From positions 1 to 27,234 of the IMG/VR virus record IMGVR_UViG_3300021560_000911: a stretch of DNA of 27,234 bases. One strand, 5' to 3'. Source of the stretch: a virus (Duplodnaviria; Caudoviricetes). The notes beneath the pieces are model-generated. The model was not told the DNA's origin. It saw only the letters and a program-made list of their open reading frames with translations, and did no database searches. Made by a program: the position numbers and the translations under genes. Shown piece by piece: positions 17,701 to 24,400 of this stretch. The first letter of the stretch is position 1, and each line of letters opens with the position of its first letter.

Positions 17701-20700
17701 GGGATGCACCGCGTACTGGTCCTGGCCCTGGCCCAGACCCCATTGCTTGTCGGGGCTGCGCCAGGTCGGATCGATCTTGGCCCCAGGCACCTTGCGCGCC
17801 ACCATGTCGGGGTCGTTGCGCACCTTGACCCACGCCTCGCGGTTAGCGAAGGCGCGCTCGGTCTGATAGAAGCTGGTCGAGAAGCGCGTCACCAGATCGT
17901 CGAGCGGCTTGGGGTTGTCGATCGGGTCGCTGTAGTATTGGTCCAGCGCCTCGCGCAGCGTACGCGGTCGAGACGGATCGAGTGGATCGTTGGATGCCAC
18001 GCGCCTGTGGGTCACCGTGTCGCTCCACCCGAGACCGCTCTTGCGCTTGGCGTACTGCACTCCGCCAGGCGCGGTGTCATCGTACAGGTGCATCACGTGC
18101 GCCGATGGACCAGGCGCGCCCACGGGGGTAACCACGTCCTGCGTCGGGCTCAAGATGCCTTGAGCGCGCATGCTGACGCCCGAAGAGTCTTCATACATGA
18201 GACGTTTGCGGGCCCACAATTCTTGCGCGGGGTTGGCCCGTTCGCCGTTGGGACCCACGTAGCCCGCCAGCGTGCGGCGGTCCTCGAGCCACGCCGCGGC
18301 CTCGGCGGTGTTCAGCCCCGTGCCTGGTTTGCCGAACAGCTTTTCGCCTTCCTGTTGCAGCAGAATCTGGCCCTGCGCCGCCAGCCCAACGCGGTTGGCG
18401 CGCGTGACATAGGCGTCCTGCGCGCCCAGCGACAGGTTATTGAGCGGCGTGAAGACCTCACGGAACAGGTGCATCACGCCTGGACCCACACTGTGGTCCC
18501 AGCCGAACTGTGCCATCGGAGCCAGTACGCCCAGGCCCAGTCCAAGCTCGCCGCCGAACTTGGCGTCGTTGGCGGCGTCCATGGCCACCTGGCTCCACCA
18601 GTTGGGGTCGTTCTGCGGGTTGCCCTGCGAGATGTCGCCGAAGGCCCCCAGCGCGCCGCCTGCCGCCGCGCCATACAGCCCGCTCTTGAGCACGTCGCGC
18701 GCGTGGCCCATGGCCGCGCTGGCGCTGATGATGCCCGAGTCTTCGGTCAGAAACTTGCCGAACGGCGAGCGCGACAACTGGTCGACGAGGGGTTTGACCG
18801 CGGCCCCCACGGGTTGGACCGCGGCGTCCAGCGCCGCGCCGCCGACCTTGCCCAGCGCGGGGGCAATCTCGCGCGCGGCGGTCGCGCCCGCCTTCTTGAG
18901 CACCTGCTCGGCGGCTTGCGTCGCGGCGTACTCGCCCAGGTTCATGCCCACGCTGCTCGCGCCCGTGACGGGCAGCGCCAACAGCGCCGAGGGCCGCAGC
19001 GCCTGCGACACGAGGTCGTGCACCGACACGGGGCCGACGTGCGCGTTGGCGGCGGAATCGGGCAGCACCGTGGTCGCCAGCGCGTCGCCGATAGCAGCGT
19101 CCTTGTCCATCGGGCTGGCGCTGGGGTTGGTGATCGGGTTGTCAGGCTTGAGCGTCGGCAGGTGCGTGCCTGGCACAAACGGGGGTTGCTCGGATGGAGC
19201 AGGCGCGGGACGGCTGAGCACGGGCTGTCCAGGCTGCGGGGGCGGCGCGACCTGTGCACTGCTCTGAGACACGTCCGTGCCTGGCAGCGGCGGCAGCGAA
19301 GCGAACGGGCCGCTGTCAGGTGCGGGCGGTGTACCCACGATCGATTTGCGCTCGATGGGCGGCGCGGGCGCTGGCTCAGGCGCGGGCAGCGGCTGTTCCG
19401 CGGGCTCGGGCGCGGGCATCGGGGCCTGGTCCGTAGCGCGCTCCACGCCGATATCTGGCGCTGTGGTGCGCCTCGAGGTGCCCGTAACTGTCGTAGTGGT
19501 GTCGGGGGCCGCGGGTGTCGTAGTGCCCTTGGCAGCCTGCGCGGTGCGGCCCGCGTAGTCACGCGTGGCCTGCTCGACGCCCGAGACCTTGCCTGGCCCG
19601 CCGCCCGTAAGCGTGTTCAGCAGGTCGTGTGCGCCGTTGACCGCGGCCTGCAGCGGGTTGACCTCCTGTGGCGCGGGCTGATCGACCTGCACGTTGAGCG
19701 ACGGGTCGTCGTACCACGCGTCGCCCGCGCCCATCTCGGTACCCGCGCCCATCTCAGACTTCTTGGGCTCGAAGTAGTCGCACGAGCCCTGGTCGTGGAT
19801 GTAGCCCTTGACCAGCGAGCAGGTGTTGGCGCGGAACATCGAGCAGTCCTGACACTGGTCTTCTTGCGCCTTCTTGGTGTAGCTGGCCTCCTTCTTGGAC
19901 ATCTCGGGCTTGGCGGCTTCTTCCTGACCACCGCCCATGATCGGCTCGGGGTTGTAGGTCGGGCCTGGCCGCAGCCGCGTCGACGGCTTGATGATCGTCA
20001 CGGGGTGATCGGGGTTCGGCGGCGGGTCCTGCATGTGCACCGCGGGGTACGTCGGCGGGGTGTGCACACCCGTATCCGACTGGCGCGCGTCGGACGCGGG
20101 TGTGGTCTCGGTTGAGTTGCTCGACGTGGCGCGGCTGAGGTCCGCGGCGTTGACGCCCGTCACGCGCCTGAAGCTGCCGCCGTTCCAGATAGGTGTCTCT
20201 TGCACGCCACCATTCGGGTTGAGGGACGAGTCGTGGATCATCATCCCGTTGCCCTCGTAGATGGCGACGTGCTGTTGGGCCGGGTCTGACTGGTTCATGC
20301 CGAACATGATCAGGTCGCCTGGCACGGCGTCTTTGGGGTCGATCGGCTTGGACGCCGCCCAGATCGAGCCCGTGAACGCGGGCAGCGTGACCCCCAGTCC
20401 GTTGCGGTACGCCCAGGCCACGAAGCCTGAGCAGTCGGAGCCGACGAAGCTCTGATCGAAGTTCGACCGACCGCCAGGACCGCCCCACACGTACTTGGAG
20501 CCGATAGCGCTTTTGGCGGTATCGAACAGCGAGCCCGTGCCGCGCGAGGCGGTCTGCACCCCGCTGCCTGGGCTCATCGTCGTCGTCGGCTGCGTCGAGG
20601 ACGATTCCAGCGGCTGGCCGATGCGCGTGACCTTGTCAGCCCAATCGGGGTCGGTGGCGTAGCCGTCCTTGTTGAGCATGTGCACGAACGTCGGCCAGTC

Positions 20701-21444
20701 GGACGGGTTCTTGTCGAGGTAGTCGAGCGCGTCCTTGTAGCGCGGGTTGTTGTGCACGAAGGCCACGAAGCTGCGCATCGACGCTTCGGGGCTATCGAAG
20801 GTCTTGAACGAATCGGTGATGTCCTGGCGCTGGCCGTTGACGACTTCCCACGTGCGTGCGCTCGCGCCTGGCCCCTTCTCGCCGAAGTAGTTGTTGTGAA
20901 ACACCGCGGAGCCCCAGCCCGTCTCATTCGCGGGGATGGCCACCAGCACCTGCCACGGCATGCCCGTGTCGGCAGCGACCTGCTTGGCGGTCGGCGTCAG
21001 TTCGTCGAGGAACTGCTGCTGGTTTTGAGTGCGTTGGACGGGCGCGGCGGGAGGATTCCCCGCCGCGCGCAGAGTCTGGGGAGCACTCGTGCCCGAACTC
21101 GTCGAGGCGCGGGGGGAATCGCTCGTGGGCGCGGGCGAGGACAGCGCCTGCGTCTGTAGCTTAGTATACACAGGCGCTGTATTCTTCGGCACAGGTTGCA
21201 GCGGGGTCGGCGCGGGCGGCTGGCCCGCGGGCGGGTTGTCCATCGGCTGCGGCTGCGGCGGGGCGGGCGGCGCGGTGTAGCTCTCGGGATCCCCCCCCTG
21301 TGGGTCGAACGGATCGCCGATCTGGCCCGCGCCGTACTCGGGCCGCGGCTCCCAGCCTGGCACGAGCTTGACCGACCCCTGGCCGCGCGGCTGCCAACCC
21401 TTGACGCGGGATCCTAGAGGATCGGCGCGGAAGTCGATCGCCAC
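14782..21444 (-). CDS. Giant internal virion/ejection protein (~2220 aa) with GH73 glucosaminidase, NlpC/P60 and HiPIP-like domains; putative polyprotein
   Basis: GTG start at 21444 overlaps the upstream TAG (TAGTG). GH73: ANETGWG, NNYFGEKG, TWE, GYATDP (~20615-21020). NlpC/P60: YVWGG, DCSGFV, PGDLIMF, HVAIY (~20160-20535). Four-Cys HiPIP-like domain (19753-19926). Long helical C-terminal region. Confidence 0.88.
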   Translation of the reverse strand: MAIDFRADPLGSRVKGWQPRGQGSVKLVPGWEPRPEYGAGQIGDPFDPQGGDPESYTAPPAPPQPQPMDNPPAGQPPAPTPLQPVPKNTAPVYTKLQTQALSSPAPTSDSPRASTSSGTSAPQTLRAAGNPPAAPVQRTQNQQQFLDELTPTAKQVAADTGMPWQVLVAIPANETGWGSAVFHNNYFGEKGPGASARTWEVVNGQRQDITDSFKTFDSPEASMRSFVAFVHNNPRYKDALDYLDKNPSDWPTFVHMLNKDGYATDPDWADKVTRIGQPLESSSTQPTTTMSPGSGVQTASRGTGSLFDTAKSAIGSKYVWGGPGGRSNFDQSFVGSDCSGFVAWAYRNGLGVTLPAFTGSIWAASKPIDPKDAVPGDLIMFGMNQSDPAQQHVAIYEGNGMMIHDSSLNPNGGVQETPIWNGGSFRRVTGVNAADLSRATSSNSTETTPASDARQSDTGVHTPPTYPAVHMQDPPPNPDHPVTIIKPSTRLRPGPTYNPEPIMGGGQEEAAKPEMSKKEASYTKKAQEDQCQDCSMFRANTCSLVKGYIHDQGSCDYFEPKKSEMGAGTEMGAGDAWYDDPSLNVQVDQPAPQEVNPLQAAVNGAHDLLNTLTGGGPGKVSGVEQATRDYAGRTAQAAKGTTTPAAPDTTTTVTGTSRRTTAPDIGVERATDQAPMPAPEPAEQPLPAPEPAPAPPIERKSIVGTPPAPDSGPFASLPPLPGTDVSQSSAQVAPPPQPGQPVLSRPAPAPSEQPPFVPGTHLPTLKPDNPITNPSASPMDKDAAIGDALATTVLPDSAANAHVGPVSVHDLVSQALRPSALLALPVTGASSVGMNLGEYAATQAAEQVLKKAGATAAREIAPALGKVGGAALDAAVQPVGAAVKPLVDQLSRSPFGKFLTEDSGIISASAAMGHARDVLKSGLYGAAAGGALGAFGDISQGNPQNDPNWWSQVAMDAANDAKFGGELGLGLGVLAPMAQFGWDHSVGPGVMHLFREVFTPLNNLSLGAQDAYVTRANRVGLAAQGQILLQQEGEKLFGKPGTGLNTAEAAAWLEDRRTLAGYVGPNGERANPAQELWARKRLMYEDSSGVSMRAQGILSPTQDVVTPVGAPGPSAHVMHLYDDTAPGGVQYAKRKSGLGWSDTVTHRRVASNDPLDPSRPRTLREALDQYYSDPIDNPKPLDDLVTRFSTSFYQTERAFANREAWVKVRNDPDMVARKVPGAKIDPTWRSPDKQWGLGQGQDQYAVHPDLATYLNNVTGVTGSLRDNPLFNALWGLNAPFKMVAFGGSPVHMFNIVARAHSAMAANGVLGNGVGELMKGWILPTFRPGGTRELFMGNPRAVLNAARAGVTLGHWADDLGAAGGPALQDTLKRMGWAGAGAGSAAYLNAKRTGASDQEAWDAAWKAGLLGEIPFTPGAGAVLKGTMKLFGQDVSHTAMMSMADLLHSAIFTQALPAAKVGMFDILTRNPSVDHSLAADLVNETLGGLDMLKIGRAPWAQDLMRFGLVSSDFEEGEIRTLWNAVSPGPRGDFTRNTVVKGMATIYGTTELLNLALNGHFTWDNGRGHEFDLETTGLQDNLADVFNQPSWRAVDPATGRATRTYQEVMPPLRWIMQTLGEGTRQLAYNAGQLEGGTSGQRLVQQYGGDPAKGDSPPQIGEMLAQDARNRVGFVPGGLGALGTAAFGGGVADYTGKLYDPPGAEPKSPWSRAAINVASVLSSDAPSGISSVTSNVPIEHPDRMRAMAAIVAGMGLPKLYVTNEISDNLNAMEEQKKSLGFDVKTQQQYEQTFTKNRQANDAERQQVFDRAPTTTDTHAALDKQLQDVATRRKDLTLRHELTVDYLQNLKDQGLQSKLLDFWTHVFDPGGSASKRPADTLSTTDTKSLADAYWHPQDTDATSSPEQVARARSQVLKDLGQQTGEHPDALEDSFKWIAQNTDSNGLSQAMPTLGHMTEDDLGKATTDFLDAGLDPANKAQSNPDASARADAQRQKLQDLARQYSVDPKSLLQRINLRLSNPDQAQSTGLQKSYNNALQTFFDSRDQDTYPRYVFPDGHYVSPDDAKAYDKQLAQASDAQKKYDPAVYPLVQAKKAGDDKRLMALINDQNNKDYERWFGLGRDMSEKQWNQYINGQVVGYTDLRSSDPKAETLTRDRIIERYTASTFDQRTNTKVTLQIQGKPTQMNLWGAYGYLKHFHVKTAGRDFPADNPSDLPPDSTTAPQGVQ

Positions 21445-24400
21445 TACACGCCGTACTGCGACTCGGGCGTCGCGCCCGCGCTGGCCGCGCCGCTCTGGCT
21501 CTGGGTCACGTTCTGCCTGACCTGCGGGGCCTGCGCCTGCGACCACTGCCGCGCCTGCTGCGTCTGCCACTGGCTCGGCGTCTGGCCGAAGGCTTCAGCG
21601 GTCATCTGCTGCCCGATCTGCTCGGCGGGGTTGGCCGACTGCGCCGCAAGCTGCGTCACGTCGGGCGCGCCGCCCTGCGCGGCAAACGAGTTCTGCAAGC
21701 TCTGCTGCACCTGCGCCCACACGCCTGGTCCCAGCGCCTCGATGTTGGCGCGGTACGCCGCCTTCTGCCACGGGCTCCAGCTTTGCCACGTGCTCCAGTC
21801 GGGGATGTTGATGCCGCTGCCGTTGGGGTTGCCCGCCGCGGAGTTGGGCGCGGCCTGACCCGAGGTCAAGAACGACTGCGCGCTGGGCTGCGCGGTGACC
21901 TGGCCCTGGCTCGCACCTGGCACCGCCTGGCCTGGCGGCGCGACCGCGGGGCCCAGCGCCTGCGTGCCGCCCGAGGTACCCCCCGCCGTAGAGCCTGGCG
22001 TCGGCGTGCCCGCCGCGCCCGCGGTGCCCATCACCGCGTTGGGATTGGTCGACACCGCCGAGTCGAACAACTGGTCGGAGATCATCGTCACGTTGGTGTT
22101 GCCAGGCTGGACGCCTGCCGCCGCGGCCTGCTCGCCGCTGCTAAAGGCCATGATCGAGCCGTTGTTCTGGACCTGTCCGACTTCGCCGTTGGCCTTGCTG
22201 ACGAAGGTGCCTGGCGCGTAGCCCGTGTTGACCCCGCCGCTGAACGCACCGAGGTTGACCGATCCCGCGGTCGGCTCGCCTGGCAGCGCGGGGGCATTCG
22301 GCCCCTGCGCGGGTCCGCCGAGGTTGGCTGCCGCTGGCGCGTTGGCTGCCGAGAAGGCCGAGACGTCGTACGGCTGCAGGATCTGCTGCACCAGCGCGGC
22401 GATGTTCGCGCCGCCCGTCGGCGTGCCCGCGCCGCCTGGCGGGGTCATACCCGTGAGTTGCTGCAGCCACGGGTTGTTGAGCGCCGAGGACAGGATCGAC
22501 ATCTCGTTCTGCTGCCGTGTCTGCCAGTCCTGAAACGCCTGCTGGCCTTGCTGCAGATAGATCTGCGTGCCTTCCTGCATCTGCTGGATCTGCACCTGCG
22601 ACGCCTCGCGCATGCTCTCGATCTGCTGCGCGGACTGATTGGCCATGTTCTGGATGTCCAGCTTGGTCTGGTTGTCAAGCTGATCCATCTGCGCCTGCAG
22701 GTTTTGCTGCCGCGCGGTGAGTTGCTCGGTGGCCTGGTTGTGACGATCGGTCTCGGCCTGCACCGCGTACTGGTAGGCCAGGTCGTCCTTGTGGATGGCG
22801 AGGTCCTGCGCCATCTGCGCCATGACCTCGTTGTGATGATCCGTCTCCTGCTGCTGCTGCACCGCGATCTGCGCCGCCTGGTTGGCAAGCTCTTTCTGCG
22901 TGCCTGGGTCGATGATCAACGCACCCTTGGTGGTCGTGCTCGGACCGCCAGAAGTCGAGGTGCTTGGCGAGGAGGGGCCCGCCGACTGCGGCGTGTTGGA
23001 GATACCCGACTGCGCCAGGTCCGAGGGGGTCGCCGCGTTGGCGTACGCCTGGTTGATGGCCGCGTCGGTCAGCGGGCCGTTGTAGCCCGCCGCGAGGACC
23101 TGCTGCTGCCGTTCGGCCTGCGTCGTGGCTCCCGCGCCCGCACCCATCGCCCCCTGCACCTCGCGGGCCTGGTACTTGTCCCACAGGCTGTCGGAGGTGT
23201 CCTGGCCCGCGCCTGGCAGCGTGTAGCTGCCGCCGCCGACAAACTCGCCGCCTTTGGGACCCGAGATCCACGACCAGTCGCGGCTGCCTGGCGGCAGCGC
23301 CTCCCAGTTCTTCTGCGCCTCCTCGTCCGAGACGGGCGGCGGATCCCTGCGCTTGTTGCCCTTGCGCGCGGCTTCGGTGCCGCCGCCCATCTGTTGCGGG
23401 CCACCCGCCATGCCCGAGGCATCCGCCGCGCCTGGGATCGGCTGCGCCAGACCAGGCGTAAAGATCGGCGGCGTGCCAGGCTTCGAGGAAGCCTGCATGC
23501 CGTCCTGATACCCCTGCTGGTAGTCGGGGCTGGAGTAGTTGGTCGGCGCTGCCGCACCCTGACCTGAGCCAAAGGCACCGATAGGATTGATCTTGACGTC
23601 CCCCAACTTCGGCAACGCGGCGGGGTTCTGCTGCTGCTCGCCGCCCCAGATCGCTTTGGTGCCACCGCTGGTGAGCTCCGCGATATTGAGTTGCGGGTCG
23701 CGCATCTTGATCTCGTCGGGACCGAAGCCTGGCAGGTCCCTGCCTGCGCCGACGCGCGTCGGGTTGGGCTTGCCCCAACGTCGCTTGGCTCGAGGAGCCT
23801 TGGGGGGCCAGCCCACCCGTGCGTCCTGACCCCCGCCCATCGGCGGCGCACCCGTGCCCCCTGTGGGTCCCATCTGCTCGGTGCCTGGCACAGGCGGCAT
23901 GTTCTGCTGTTGCGGCGGCAGCGCGGGCGTGGGATCCACAGGTGCCCCTTGCTGATCCTTGACGCCCCAGTGCAGGTGCGCACCCGTGCTGAGACCCGTG
24001 CTGCCCACCTCGCTGCCAAGGTCCTGGCCGCGCGCGACCTGCATGCCGCGGTACGCCTTGGTCTTCGACAGGTGGCCCAGCTTGTGCTGTGAGCCGTCCT
24101 TGCCGCGGATGACGACGGTGACGCCCAGCCCCTGCGGGTTGTTCTGCACGTCCTCGACGACGCCATCCACAGGGCTCTGTGTCGGCGTGCCTTCGGGGGC
24201 TTGCAGGTCGACGCCCGAGTGCTGCGGCTCGCCGACGTCCATCTGCTGCCCGAAACGGTGCCCGATGCCAGCCACGTCTCCGGGAGGAAGCGGAGGCTGC
24301 ATCGGAGCACCGCCTGGACCGGGGGCCCCTGGTTGGGAATTGGAGGCACCAGGGACCCCCTGTGGTGGCATGTCCTGCCCCCCGCCCAACGGGGGCTGCG

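Noticed and set aside
14782-19730. Virion RNA polymerase (N4- or crAss-type) in the giant protein
   Set aside because: No DxDxD/DFDGD or T7-type polymerase motifs recognised.
17143-20115. 990-aa plus-strand ORF and other long antisense ORFs (14620-15924, 21783-23567, 8544-9812)
   Set aside because: Antisense shadows of real minus-strand genes in high-GC DNA. They are Arg/Ala/Gly-rich with no recognisable motifs.
21445-21570. ORF-track start at 21570 for the second giant protein, or read-through fusion of the two giant ORFs
   Set aside because: The extension overlaps the upstream gene in another frame and looks non-coding. The TAGTG overlap gives a coupled GTG start at 21444. The frames differ and no slippery site was seen.
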